From Leptonemataceae bacterium (GTDB lineage: Bacteria > Spirochaetota > Leptospiria > Leptospirales > Leptonemataceae): a stretch of 64,000 nt of DNA. The notes beneath the pieces were generated by a model that worked only from the letters and a program-made list of their open reading frames with translations, made no database searches and had not been told where the DNA came from. The stretch is from positions 1,216,001 through 1,280,000 of the forward strand of contig OZ245742.1 in the NCBI GenBank assembly GCA_965227295.1. The letters are read 5' to 3'. Below, in pieces: positions 39,515-49,416 of this stretch (the first letter of the stretch is position 1; each line of letters begins with the position of its first letter). A program made the translations under genes and the position numbers.

Positions 39515-41179
39515 TCAGTCGAGGCGGATTCCCAGGGACTCCTGTGCTTCGGCACCGTCCAACTGTGTGCCGGGGGAAGTATCGAGGCCGCCCTCCGATC
39601 CGTAATAAATGAAGACCCTGCCCGGTATACCGAAGCCCGTATCCGAAACGGCAAGATCGTTGTAGCCGTTGCCGTCCCAGTCCCCTGTCTGCAAGTCGAT
39701 TCCGAACGTGCTCGCCGTGCCGGTGAACTGGTACAGAAGGTCCGCCCCGCCGACGCTTGCCGGAATGCTTGAACCGCCCGGAATGATGCTCACCAGCCCG
39801 AGCCCCGGAAACGTTGTGATCATTTCGGGAATGCCGTCGTTGTTCAGGTCGCCGGCACCGGCGCTGCTGCTGTCCGAAGCGACGGCGGGGGTAAACATCG
39901 CGTCCGCAGACGTTTGCACGCTCGACGTGAAACCGGCCGCGGTGCTCAAAAAGAGATACGTAAGATCGGCGTTGGCGGCAATCAATATGTCGCCCCGGCC
40001 GTCGTTGTTGAAGTCCGCGAACTGCGGGTCCACGCCGAGTTCGCCGCCGCCCACGCCGGAGAAGGTGGCGTCCGCCGTGCCGAGGCTGGCCGTGGCCGCA
40101 CCGCCCGCGATGCCGCTTGCGCTTCCGGAGAATATGTAGACGCGACCGTCGACTCCGCCGGCCGCCCACCCTATAGACGACACCGCCAGTTCGGCGAAAC
40201 CGTCGCCGTCTACGTCCGCGATTTGCAGAAAAGAGCCGGCCTCGTCGTTCGCGTTCTCGGCGCTCAGCACGGTCGTAGCCGTGGCGGACGGACCGGCCGC
40301 GCTTCCGTAGTAGATGCGCACGGTGCCGGCGCTGCCGTTTTCGAGGGTGGCGCCGGCGGCGATGTCGTCGTAGCCGTCCCCGTTGAGATCGCCCGCGGCC
40401 ACGGCGTCTCCCAACTGGGCGTTCAGCGGTCCCGACATCGTGACGTCGGCCTCCGTTGAGGCCGTGGTTGCAATCCCGCCGGCCCGGCCGTAGAAAACGT
40501 AGACCGCCCCGGAGTTGGCGAAAGGTGTCTCCACGTCCATGGCGCCGACGATCAAATCGGAGTAGCCGTCCCCGTTGACGTCGCCGCTGACCACGTCGTT
40601 CGCGAACTGATCGCCCGTCGCCGCTCCGTCGATGACGGTATCCGGTGCCGCCGTGGACAGGCCGCTGTCGATCCGGGCACCGCCGTGATACACGTAGACG
40701 CGGCCCGGAACCCCCGTGCGCCGGCCGGCCAGTACCAGATCGCGATACCCATCGCCGTTTAGATCGCGATTGTGTTGCTTCGTGATGCTCAGGGTTGTGA
40801 GGTCGGATGACGGCGACGGGAAGATCGACCGCACCCGGACCGTGAGCGTGTGTTGGCTGCCCTCACGCCAGGTCAGCGGCAGGCGATAGGAGAACGCGTT
40901 CCCGACCAGCGTTGCCGTCTCAAAGCTGCCGCCGTCAGCGGATACCTCAACGCCGAACACGCCCGTGGAAGAAGCTACGGTGCCCGTAAAGAATCCACTC
41001 ACGGCGTCCCCTCCATCGCGAAAGTTGGAAGTAAGTAAGGCCCCGTCGGGCACCTGGACCAGGAACGCCGTGAGTGGATTGCACAGTACGTCCATGGATA
41101 CGCAGTCCGCCCGGGTGTGATTGCACTGTGCGCAAAGCAATAGCGCACCGGCTGCAACGAAACGGGGAAAAACGTTCAT
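39515..41179 (-). CDS. FG-GAP (integrin-alpha-like) repeat lipoprotein
   Basis: Cys-containing signal peptide, Ig-like segment, seven DxN/DGDG-type Ca-binding repeats with GRVYVY/GAVYVF strands. Confidence 0.9.
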   Translation of the reverse strand: MNVFPRFVAAGALLLCAQCNHTRADCVSMDVLCNPLTAFLVQVPDGALLTSNFRDGGDAVSGFFTGTVASSTGVFGVEVSADGGSFETATLVGNAFSYRLPLTWREGSQHTLTVRVRSIFPSPSSDLTTLSITKQHNRDLNGDGYRDLVLAGRRTGVPGRVYVYHGGARIDSGLSTAAPDTVIDGAATGDQFANDVVSGDVNGDGYSDLIVGAMDVETPFANSGAVYVFYGRAGGIATTASTEADVTMSGPLNAQLGDAVAAGDLNGDGYDDIAAGATLENGSAGTVRIYYGSAAGPSATATTVLSAENANDEAGSFLQIADVDGDGFAELAVSSIGWAAGGVDGRVYIFSGSASGIAGGAATASLGTADATFSGVGGGELGVDPQFADFNNDGRGDILIAANADLTYLFLSTAAGFTSSVQTSADAMFTPAVASDSSSAGAGDLNNDGIPEMITTFPGLGLVSIIPGGSSIPASVGGADLLYQFTGTASTFGIDLQTGDWDGNGYNDLAVSDTGFGIPGRVFIYYGSEGGLDTSPGTQLDGAEAQESLGIRLD

Positions 41180-41724
41180 AGATTCCTGGAATGCCCCCGC
41201 GTGGCCGCGTAGACCGGAAAGCTCGCCCGCTCGCCGCGACCGCGGAGCGGGTAGTCTTTGCGCAGCGGATGCCCGTCGTAGTCGTCGGGCATGAGGATGC
41301 GCTTCAGATTCGGATGATCGCTGAAGCGGATGCCGTACAAATCGTAAACTTCACGTTCGCACCAGTTAGCGCCCGCGAAGATCGACGCAACCGATGCAAT
41401 CTCGGCGCCGTTCTCCGGAAGATGGCAGGTGAAGCGGACGCGCTGGCCCAGTTCCGGCGAAAGCAGGACATAGACGACGGCGTAACGCCCCGGTCGCGGC
41501 TCGGAGTAGTCGGCGTAGTCGACAGCACTCAGGTCGATGAAGTACGTAAAGCGCAGCTCCGGATCCTGTTTGATCGCTCGCAGCAAGCCGAAGATTGCGA
41601 GCGCCTCGACCTCGAAGGACCAGCCGCCCGGTTCCTCCCGGGCCTCGCCGCGTAGCGCACCGCCCGCATGTTTCTCAATGCGTTCCCGAGTATGCGCCTT
41701 GTTTTCGGGGCGATGAATGATCAT
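41176..41724 (-). CDS. nuoC: NADH-quinone oxidoreductase subunit C
   Basis: ANWCEREVYDLYGIRF, HPNLKRIL, GHPLRKDYP. Confidence 0.95.
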   Translation of the reverse strand: MIIHRPENKAHTRERIEKHAGGALRGEAREEPGGWSFEVEALAIFGLLRAIKQDPELRFTYFIDLSAVDYADYSEPRPGRYAVVYVLLSPELGQRVRFTCHLPENGAEIASVASIFAGANWCEREVYDLYGIRFSDHPNLKRILMPDDYDGHPLRKDYPLRGRGERASFPVYAATRGHSRNL

Positions 41725-41743
41725 AGACTCATCTTGCTAAAAG

Positions 41744-42220
41744 TTAGCGAGTGACGTATTCCGCCGAGCGATGTTCGCCGCGCTGCGCTTTTTTCTGGAT
41801 CATCAACAGCGCGTCGATGAACGCCTCCGGCCGCGGCGGGCAACCGGGGATGTAGGCGTCCACGGGAATGAACTGGTCCACGCCCTGAATCAACGTGTAG
41901 GTATTGAAGACGCCGCCCGTGGAAGCGCAGGCGCCCATCGAGATGCACCACTTCGGTTCGGGCATCTGTTCCCAGATGCGTGTGAGCACCGGCATCATCT
42001 TAAGCGAGATGCGCCCGCTCACGATCAACAGGTCCGACTGACGTGGGGAGAACTTCAGAACCTCGGCGCCGAAGCGCGACGAGTCGTACTTCGGCATGTA
42101 GGACGCCATCATCTCAATGGCGCAGCAGGCCACGCCGAAGGGCATGGGCCACAGCGACTTCGCGCGCGCATAGTTGATGATGGTATCCAGGCGCGTTGTG
42201 GAAAAATCAAAATCGGACAT
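41744..42220 (-). CDS. nuoB: NADH-quinone oxidoreductase subunit B
   Basis: [30 protein letters not shown]. Confidence 0.97.
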   Translation of the reverse strand: MSDFDFSTTRLDTIINYARAKSLWPMPFGVACCAIEMMASYMPKYDSSRFGAEVLKFSPRQSDLLIVSGRISLKMMPVLTRIWEQMPEPKWCISMGACASTGGVFNTYTLIQGVDQFIPVDAYIPGCPPRPEAFIDALLMIQKKAQRGEHRSAEYVTR

Positions 42221-42242
42221 AGCTCATAAATTGCGTGCGCGA

Positions 42243-42599
42243 TCAATCCCACTCCAGCACGCGTTTACGAATCTCGTACCACATGCCCACGGCGACGACG
42301 ATCAAAAACGGCAGCACGGACACCAGCGAACCGACGCCGAACTCGCGGTACCCCACGGCCCAGGGCAGCAGGAAGATCGTCTCGATGTCGAAGAGCATGA
42401 ACAGCAACGCCACGGCGTAGAACTTTACCGGGAATGGTTTGTGTGGATCGTCGAGCTGGTCCATGCCGCACTCGTACGGTGTGAACTTATTTTTCGAAAC
42501 CAGGCGCGGGCCGAGAAAGGCCGAGAGCGCCAGCCCGCCGACGCCGACCAGCGTGGCGATGAGCATATAGAGACCGAGGGGCAGGTATTCTTCGAGCAT
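42243..42599 (-). CDS. nuoA: NADH-quinone oxidoreductase subunit A
   Basis: TPYECG, FDIETIFLLPWA, LEWD end. Confidence 0.95.
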   Translation of the reverse strand: MLEEYLPLGLYMLIATLVGVGGLALSAFLGPRLVSKNKFTPYECGMDQLDDPHKPFPVKFYAVALLFMLFDIETIFLLPWAVGYREFGVGSLVSVLPFLIVVAVGMWYEIRKRVLEWD

Positions 42600-42712
42600 G
42601 GCACGGCTTTGCGCCGACGCACGGCGACACTGGCAGTCAATCACAGGATGGGCGACCTGGCCAGTCTTTTCCAGTTTGACGGGACGGTCGTTCGGCGTCG
42701 CATATACCCTGG

Positions 42713-44596
42713 ATGGCGTCTTTCTTCAATAGTACAGAGCGAATCGCCCTGCTGCTGGTCGCTGCTTTTGTGCTGCTGCTTTTGCCCGCGCTCCCCGTGC
42801 CCGTCGTCTACCAAATCGACGGATCGTTCTACGCCTACGCCGGCTGGAACATGTGGCAGACCGGCGATTGGCTCGTACCGCAGTACATCAATCCGAACCC
42901 CTATTGTTTTCCCGCGCTGGAAGAGCCGCGTTATCAAAAGCTCATCCTGCATTACTGGCTCACCGCCGGTTCCGTCGGCGCCTTCGGTTCCTCCCTGCTC
43001 GCCACGCGCCTGCCGTCGCTGCTCTTCACGGCGTTCATTGCGCTCTTGATCCCCGCGTTCGCCCGGCGGCTTTTCGCGAGCGCCCGTGCCGGCCTCATTG
43101 CCGTGGCGGTCTTTCTGTCGTGTTTCTTAACGTTCGAGTATGCCCGCGTCGCCATGACGGACATGACGAACATCTTCTTTGCCTGGGCGGGCATGCTGGC
43201 GTTCTTTCGCTGGTACTTCGGCGGCCGCGACATGCGCTTCGCGTTGCTCGCCTGGATTCTGGTGGGCCTGTCCGGCATGAACAAGGGACCGCCGGGACCC
43301 ATGTTTACGATCGGCCTCGCCGCGCCGTACTTGCTGATTGTCGAAGGCCGCGAGCGCTGGCGTACGTTGTGGCAGGGTACGGTCTACGGCCTGGGCCCGC
43401 TGGTGTTTCTCGTGCTCGTCCTCTGGTGGCCGGCCTACATGTACTTCTTCGTGATGGGCGACGAGTTTTTAGCGGGGCTTTTGGGACTCGAGTACGCCGA
43501 TCGCATGGCCGGGCCGTTCCAGAATTTCATTACGCATTTGTTCGATAAGTCGTACCCGCTCATGTCCGTCACGAATACGTTGCCCTGGTCGCTGATTGTG
43601 CTGGCGTTTGTATTTACGAAAGCCGGCCGCGATCTCTTCCGTAATCGTGCCGGCGACGCCGAAGCGACACCGGCGCAGCAAAGGTACATTATGATGTACT
43701 TAGTCGCCTGGGCCGTTGTGCCGCTGCTCACCGCCATGTTTGCCGGATTGTACAAGCCGAACTACCTCATCCCCGGCCTGCTGCCGTTTTGTTTGCTCGC
43801 GGGCACGCTCATTGATCGCGGCCTCGACGTGAAAAACGGCGGTGCCTTTTACGGCTGGCCGCGCCGCGTGGTCGGCATCTTCATCGTGGCCGCATTTGTT
43901 TTGATCCTGGTGCTCGCATTGATTCTCGCCGCGGCGATTCCGGTCTTCGGTGAGCTGCCGGTACGTTTTTCACCGGGATACCTGTTGTATCTGCTGCTGC
44001 CCCTGGCAGGCCTGGCGGGGACGATGTATCTTTTTTTCGTGCACCGGCGGTATCCCGCGGCGCTCACGGCGCTGGCGCTTTCTATGACGGCGGTCTACAT
44101 GTCCGCACTCTGGGCCGTGCCCCGGGCGGTGAACCAGCGTCCCGAGCCGGAGATGGCGGCGTTTCTAAAGAGTCTTCCGCAAGATGTTAACGCGGGTACG
44201 TTTCACTTCACACGCTATCAGACGCCCTGGTTCATGGTGGACGGCAATCGCAAACTGTCTCCGGCCCAAATCCGCGAGGACGGCGTCGCCTGTTACGCCC
44301 AGTTCGACCCGCTCATCGCCCCGCACTCGGCGGCCTTCGCCGCACTTAAGCGCGACTCCGATGAGCCCTGGGTCTTTCTGATGATGGATTACTCCACGAC
44401 CACGGGCACGCCGATCCACTTTCCGGCGCCGGAGGGCTATCACGTCGTGCGCGAGTATCTCTACTGGCGGAACGAGCCGTACTCGCTGGTCCTGCGCCGG
44501 GTGTTCGGCCTCGAAGCGGAGGACCCGCAGGACGAGGACTTCAAGCGCTACTATATCCTCGCGAACGACGCGGCGAAAGTGAAGTTGGGTGAGTGA
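42713..44596 (+). CDS. ArnT/PMT-like (GT-C) membrane glycosyltransferase
   Basis: TGDWLVP, RYQKLILHYWL, RLPS, ARVAMTD, NKGP; many TMs. Confidence 0.85.
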   Translation: MASFFNSTERIALLLVAAFVLLLLPALPVPVVYQIDGSFYAYAGWNMWQTGDWLVPQYINPNPYCFPALEEPRYQKLILHYWLTAGSVGAFGSSLLATRLPSLLFTAFIALLIPAFARRLFASARAGLIAVAVFLSCFLTFEYARVAMTDMTNIFFAWAGMLAFFRWYFGGRDMRFALLAWILVGLSGMNKGPPGPMFTIGLAAPYLLIVEGRERWRTLWQGTVYGLGPLVFLVLVLWWPAYMYFFVMGDEFLAGLLGLEYADRMAGPFQNFITHLFDKSYPLMSVTNTLPWSLIVLAFVFTKAGRDLFRNRAGDAEATPAQQRYIMMYLVAWAVVPLLTAMFAGLYKPNYLIPGLLPFCLLAGTLIDRGLDVKNGGAFYGWPRRVVGIFIVAAFVLILVLALILAAAIPVFGELPVRFSPGYLLYLLLPLAGLAGTMYLFFVHRRYPAALTALALSMTAVYMSALWAVPRAVNQRPEPEMAAFLKSLPQDVNAGTFHFTRYQTPWFMVDGNRKLSPAQIREDGVACYAQFDPLIAPHSAAFAALKRDSDEPWVFLMMDYSTTTGTPIHFPAPEGYHVVREYLYWRNEPYSLVLRRVFGLEAEDPQDEDFKRYYILANDAAKVKLGE

Positions 44597-44626
44597 GTCG
44601 GTCTAATACGATGAGGATTCATTCCT

Positions 44627-47056
44627 TCACCGCTCCCCCACCGCAAAGTACGCCCCGGGCTTTCCGTCCGGTTCTGTCACGGCCGCGTTTTTCGTAACCG
44701 CCAGCGGATGGTGTTTGCGTTTTTCGGCGTCTTCGTTCGGTGTGCCCGCGACCACGAAGCGTGCGCCGTTGCCGTCGGCCCTGGCCGCGACCGCGTGCAA
44801 TGCGCCGCCGCCGAAGGTCGTCCACAGCACGCGTTCTTTGAAGCCGGGCGAAACGACCAACAACGCCGCGCCGCCGGCGTAAACCTCGCCCGTCCTCTGG
44901 CCGGCCACCGTGAGCAACCGCCCGTTGGGAATGCAACACGCCGACGACCCCGCCAGGTACACAAAGCCGCGCTCATCGACAGCCAGGCCACCGTCCTTCG
45001 CGCGGAACGTGTTGCCGCGATTCTTTTTCGAAACCAGGCGGGGAATGGCGAACTGGCCGCGAATCAATTTCGCGGAGCGCGGATCGATCTGCGCGTAGTA
45101 GAGAATGTGCGCGGATGCAAGGGCCCAGGGATCGTTGTAGAGATCACTCTTGACCAGCGTGCCGGTCTTGAGGTCCTCGCCGTTCCAGCGAAAGATCGTA
45201 TTGCCGCCGGCACTTTCGCCGCTCACGTACAGAAAACCGTCGCCGCCCATCGTCACGCGATACAAACGCGTGTCGGCCATATCGTTGCCGACGGACTGCG
45301 CCCGGAAACCCCAGAGCTGCTTCTGCCAGGCCAGGTCATGGATGGCGCGGAATTCCAGGAACGCTACCTGGACCGGGTTCTTGTTGCGTTTATTGTCGAA
45401 GCCCGTTACGTACACACGGCCCGTCTCCGCCGAGATCTCCACATCCGTCACGTAACTGCGTTTCAACGTAACTTTAGCGACGGGGCGATCGACTTCGTCG
45501 TAGACCGCTACGGTCTTCCGTGAGAGCGTCGCAATGCGCCCGTCCTGTGCCACGGCGATGCGTTCCACCGGGGCGTCGGTCTGTACGGAGCGCACGGGTT
45601 TCAGCGCATGGGAAAACGCGAGCCAGCCACTCTCCGCGGCTACGACAACTGTGTCGCGGTTTGTCGCGAGATCGTTCACGCGCCCGGTGGTTTCGAAAAC
45701 GGCCTTCACCGCGGAGCCGTCCGCGTTCATTCGCAGGATGCGCCCACGCGCGCCCCGGTTTACCGCGAGCAGAACGTCGCCGTCCGGGAGAATCGCCGTG
45801 CCCACCGATTGGTCTGCGTCGGTCGCGTAACCCGCCGTCTGCGGATCGAGGCCCAGGGTAATCTCCGGGCCGTCCTGCGGGGTGTAGCGAACCAGGCCGA
45901 TGTTCTTAACAATCTTTTTTCCGCACTTAAGGCGGCCCTTCTTATCCCGGTGTGATTCCGTAAAGAATGCGGATGCATACAGGTTGCGGCCGTCCGGCGA
46001 GAACAACGCGCTGCGCTGGTAACACTCGCCCGTGGTGACCTCGGGCACGGGTCGGTACCGGTCGTCGCCGGTCCAGAGTTTCGCGTCGCGTTTTGCGTAG
46101 GTCGTGAACAACCGGCCGCCCGCGGTAAAACCGCCGCCCTTATACCACATGTACATCCGCGGCAACCAGCGCTGTTTCGCCCGCGGGTCGGGGTTCCGAT
46201 AAAAGACGCCCTGTTGTGTGCTCGCATAGACACGGTCTCCCGCGGCGCCCACGATCACCGCCGGGCCGGGTTTGTTGCCCGTGGCGTTCATGTAATCGTT
46301 CAGCAACTTGTGGTGATCCGGATCGTTCGGCGGCACACCGAAGGGCTGCGGTACCCAGCGTTGCTTTGCGAAGTCGGCGAAGTAGATCGCCGTCTTGCCG
46401 TTGACGAGGTCGGCGCGTTGAGCGCGCAATGAAACGTAAATCGCTCCGGAGTCCGAGAGCGCGAAGCCGTTGATGCCGTGGGGGGCCTTCGGCAACGCGC
46501 GGGGGATAGGTTCACTCCAGGTATTTGCCGCGATGTCGTAAACGAAGAGCCGGCCCTCGTGTTTGCCGCCGGGGCAGTAGATCTTACCGTCGTAACTTTT
46601 AGCCAGTGCAATCTTACGACAGTCGTACTTTCGCCCGCCGCTCTCAATCGCTCCCAGGTCAACCCAGGTTCCGGCGCTTTCGTCCAGGCGGTAGAGCCGG
46701 TCGTAAGCGTGATTCACCGTATAGATGTTTTCGCCCGCGGCCAGAATGGGACGAAGGGCGTAACGATTGATCGGCGGGGCGATGCGCCGCCAGGTGCCGT
46801 TCGTGTAACGATAGACGCCGTCCTCGGGGCCGACGCCGCGTTTTTCCGCGGGCGGCGTGTCGGAATCAATGGCGGCGTAGATCGCTTCGTCCGTGAAGGC
46901 CATGGATACCAGGCGGTAGTCGGCCCGGGGCAGGCCGTCGTCGAAATGTTCCCAGCCGGCCTTGAGATGGTCGGTACTCTGTGCGACCAGGCCGGCCGCG
47001 CAGGCGACGGCGATCGTCATAATAATAGAAACAGGTACAAGGCGCTTTGTAAGCAT
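44627..47056 (-). CDS. large exported beta-propeller-like protein
   Basis: signal peptide MLTKRLV..AGLVA; repeated blade-like DGxxY/SPDG segments. Confidence 0.7.
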   Translation of the reverse strand: MLTKRLVPVSIIMTIAVACAAGLVAQSTDHLKAGWEHFDDGLPRADYRLVSMAFTDEAIYAAIDSDTPPAEKRGVGPEDGVYRYTNGTWRRIAPPINRYALRPILAAGENIYTVNHAYDRLYRLDESAGTWVDLGAIESGGRKYDCRKIALAKSYDGKIYCPGGKHEGRLFVYDIAANTWSEPIPRALPKAPHGINGFALSDSGAIYVSLRAQRADLVNGKTAIYFADFAKQRWVPQPFGVPPNDPDHHKLLNDYMNATGNKPGPAVIVGAAGDRVYASTQQGVFYRNPDPRAKQRWLPRMYMWYKGGGFTAGGRLFTTYAKRDAKLWTGDDRYRPVPEVTTGECYQRSALFSPDGRNLYASAFFTESHRDKKGRLKCGKKIVKNIGLVRYTPQDGPEITLGLDPQTAGYATDADQSVGTAILPDGDVLLAVNRGARGRILRMNADGSAVKAVFETTGRVNDLATNRDTVVVAAESGWLAFSHALKPVRSVQTDAPVERIAVAQDGRIATLSRKTVAVYDEVDRPVAKVTLKRSYVTDVEISAETGRVYVTGFDNKRNKNPVQVAFLEFRAIHDLAWQKQLWGFRAQSVGNDMADTRLYRVTMGGDGFLYVSGESAGGNTIFRWNGEDLKTGTLVKSDLYNDPWALASAHILYYAQIDPRSAKLIRGQFAIPRLVSKKNRGNTFRAKDGGLAVDERGFVYLAGSSACCIPNGRLLTVAGQRTGEVYAGGAALLVVSPGFKERVLWTTFGGGALHAVAARADGNGARFVVAGTPNEDAEKRKHHPLAVTKNAAVTEPDGKPGAYFAVGER

Positions 47057-47120
47057 AGAGTTCTCTCCCGGCCGCGGGATCGACGTTGACAGAGCCGTTC
47101 CCGAAACCAGAGTTAGACGC

Positions 47121-47798
47121 ATGCTTAAGCTCTACGGATTTCCCATCAGCAATTTTTATAACAAAGTAAAACTCGCGTTTTTGGAAAAAGGCGTGAACTT
47201 TGAAGAGGTCCGCGGCGCCCCCGGTCAGGATGCGGAGACCCTGGCGAAGAGTCCCATGGGCAAAATCCCGTACCTGGAACTGGAGGACGGTCGCTTTCTT
47301 TCCGAGTCATCGGTGATCCTCGAGTACGTGGAGAGTGTGCAGCCCGATCCGCCGATGATGCCCCGCGATCCCTACGCCGCGGCCGAAGTGCGTCGGCTCA
47401 TGTCGCTCGTGGACGATTACTTCGATGCGGCGGCGCGCCCGCTCTACGGTCCGGCCGCGCGCGGAACCGAGGTGCAGCCGATCTTGCTCGAACGCGGCGA
47501 AAAAACGATTCGTCGCGCGATGGGGGCGCTGGTGCGACTCGGGCGGTTTGCGCCGTTTGTAGCGGGTGCGGAGTACACGTATGCTGATGCGACAGCCTTT
47601 GCGACGCTTCCGATTGTGCGTACAACCATACAAAAGTTAAAGGGCGACGATCTTTTTGCAACCGCCGGCGCCGAATTTGTCAAAAAGTATGATGATTGGG
47701 AGGCGATGATGCTCGAGCGGCCCGCCACAAAAAAAGTGGAACGCGGTCGCAAGGCGTCCATGCGCGCGCAGGCTCTGGTGGAACGGGCAGGGGGTTAG
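47121..47798 (+). CDS. glutathione S-transferase
   Basis: SNFYNKV, SPMGKIPYL, ESSVILEY, YTYADA. Confidence 0.92.
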   Translation: MLKLYGFPISNFYNKVKLAFLEKGVNFEEVRGAPGQDAETLAKSPMGKIPYLELEDGRFLSESSVILEYVESVQPDPPMMPRDPYAAAEVRRLMSLVDDYFDAAARPLYGPAARGTEVQPILLERGEKTIRRAMGALVRLGRFAPFVAGAEYTYADATAFATLPIVRTTIQKLKGDDLFATAGAEFVKKYDDWEAMMLERPATKKVERGRKASMRAQALVERAGG

Positions 47799-47827
47799 GT
47801 TTTGCCCAGAAGAAACTAACGCGGAAC

Positions 47828-48637
47828 CTACAGCCGCCGGTGTTCCAGCGAAGGCATGCGTTCCCGAACTTCCCGCAACCGTTCCGGATCTACGGTCGCC
47901 GTAATCACCCCGGGACTTTCGCCCGCATCGGCCAGCACTTCTCCCCACGGGTCCACGATCATGGCGTGGCCGAAGCTTTCGCGTTTGCCGTAGTGATTGC
48001 CGCACTGTGCCGGGGCGACGACGTAGCTCGTGTTCTCCACGGCCCGGGATCGAACCAGGAGATCCCAGTGAGCGCGCCCGGTGTAAGCCGTAAACGCCGC
48101 CGGAATAAAAATTAGCGTCGCGTTATTGGCGGCCAGCTTTCGGTACAATTCCGGGAAGCGCACATCGTAGCAAATCGAAAGACCCACGTCGCCGAATTCC
48201 GACGAACGCGCGACCACGGCCTCCGCTCCCGGCGCGACGTAGCCGGACTCACGATACGTGACACCGTCGGGGATGTTCACATCGAACAAATGGATCTTGC
48301 GATAACGTGCGATTTCGTTGCCGTGGGCATCGACGAACAGCGCCGTGTTGAAGATGCGCCCGTCGTCCGCGAGTTCGATGATCCCGCCGACGAGGGCGAT
48401 GTTGTGTTGCCGCGCGGCCTCGATTAAAAACTCGGGGCCGGCCTTTGCAATGTCTGCGGCGCGTTCTTTCATTTCACGTTCCGGGCCCAGGAACGCGAAG
48501 ACCTCGGGCAGGCCGGCGAGTTCGGCGCCGTCGCCGGCGGCGCGGGCGATGAGTTCGCCGGCGGATTTCAGATTGGCCGCGATGTCGGGGATGGACGTCA
48601 TCTGGACGGCGGCGATTGTGTAGGGACGGGGGATCAC
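47828..48637 (-). CDS. carbon-nitrogen hydrolase, Nit1-like (deaminated glutathione amidase candidate)
   Basis: LPE, YRKIHLFDV, ICYDVRFPELYR, PAAFT..TG.AHW, RAVEN. Confidence 0.9.
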   Translation of the reverse strand: MIPRPYTIAAVQMTSIPDIAANLKSAGELIARAAGDGAELAGLPEVFAFLGPEREMKERAADIAKAGPEFLIEAARQHNIALVGGIIELADDGRIFNTALFVDAHGNEIARYRKIHLFDVNIPDGVTYRESGYVAPGAEAVVARSSEFGDVGLSICYDVRFPELYRKLAANNATLIFIPAAFTAYTGRAHWDLLVRSRAVENTSYVVAPAQCGNHYGKRESFGHAMIVDPWGEVLADAGESPGVITATVDPERLREVRERMPSLEHRRL

Positions 48638-49416
48638 TAGGTTAGTTTGTAGATGTTCTTAGGGCAAAGTTCATTCGTATAATATTCGAGTATTGGCTTG
48701 GAAAACATTGGCTGCGCATGGTACACACCGTTCATGTGTTTAATGAAGCCCGCCAGTGTAAATTCATTCCATTCTTCAAAAAAGGTTCCGGCCTCTTGGA
48801 CTCGTGATAGTTCTGCGGTCGGATAGTTGACGATGATTCCCTTATTGTAGATGACGATAAAATCGAAACATGTGCCACTATCGAGCCCTTCCTCATGTGC
48901 CGCTTTTTGTATATTGTCCCAAGTTTTTCTATAGTCGGGATTGGCAATCAAGGTGAAAATAAAAGCGGGGATCATGCGAGAGTGGGCTACTTTTTCGCTT
49001 GAGTGCGACGCCAAGCTTACTATTGGTCCCCGTGCGCGCCGAAGTTTTTTCAGTGAAGCAGTTTGCTTGAGGCTGCGCTTTAATTCATCGTAGTGAGAAA
49101 GATTTGGCTTAAGCTCTATCGCCAAGTCCACTCCGTCTGCAAGGATTAGGGTAAATTTTCCGGTTTGATCGACAAGATTCGGATGGATGGGATTTAGCAG
49201 GACAGTATCTATGGAGTGTGAGGATTCTCCGAATGAATCCCTGATAATGCCCTTTGCTACGCGATATGGGTATGGAAAGTAGCGCCCTATGAATACATTG
49301 AAATGGTTTTCTCGAAAGTCAGAAATCTCTTGAGGCGTGCCTCGGCCTGCCTTTGAAGCTTTTCTAAATGCTTGCTGCAATTCTTCTGACTCAAACTTGA
49401 GTAGATCCAGGAACAT
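48637..49416 (-). CDS. AT-rich DUF6602-like PD-(D/E)XK nuclease-fold protein
   Basis: DFRE, GIIRDSFGESSHSIDTVL, AIELK; sampled 60-mers 42-45% GC; alternative start 49431. Confidence 0.65.
   Translation of the reverse strand: MFLDLLKFESEELQQAFRKASKAGRGTPQEISDFRENHFNVFIGRYFPYPYRVAKGIIRDSFGESSHSIDTVLLNPIHPNLVDQTGKFTLILADGVDLAIELKPNLSHYDELKRSLKQTASLKKLRRARGPIVSLASHSSEKVAHSRMIPAFIFTLIANPDYRKTWDNIQKAAHEEGLDSGTCFDFIVIYNKGIIVNYPTAELSRVQEAGTFFEEWNEFTLAGFIKHMNGVYHAQPMFSKPILEYYTNELCPKNIYKLT

Noticed and set aside
39364-39654. N-terminal extension of NuoD shown in the ORF track (similar extensions for ccmB, DUF389, DUF900-like, GST)
   Set aside because: Extensions overlap neighbouring genes or promoters and lack family similarity; downstream ATGs give normal lengths
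42599-42612. Sigma54 promoter TGGCACGGCTTTGC for the ArnT-like gene
   Set aside because: GG-to-GC spacing is 9 nt rather than the required 10, and it overlaps the nuoA start codon
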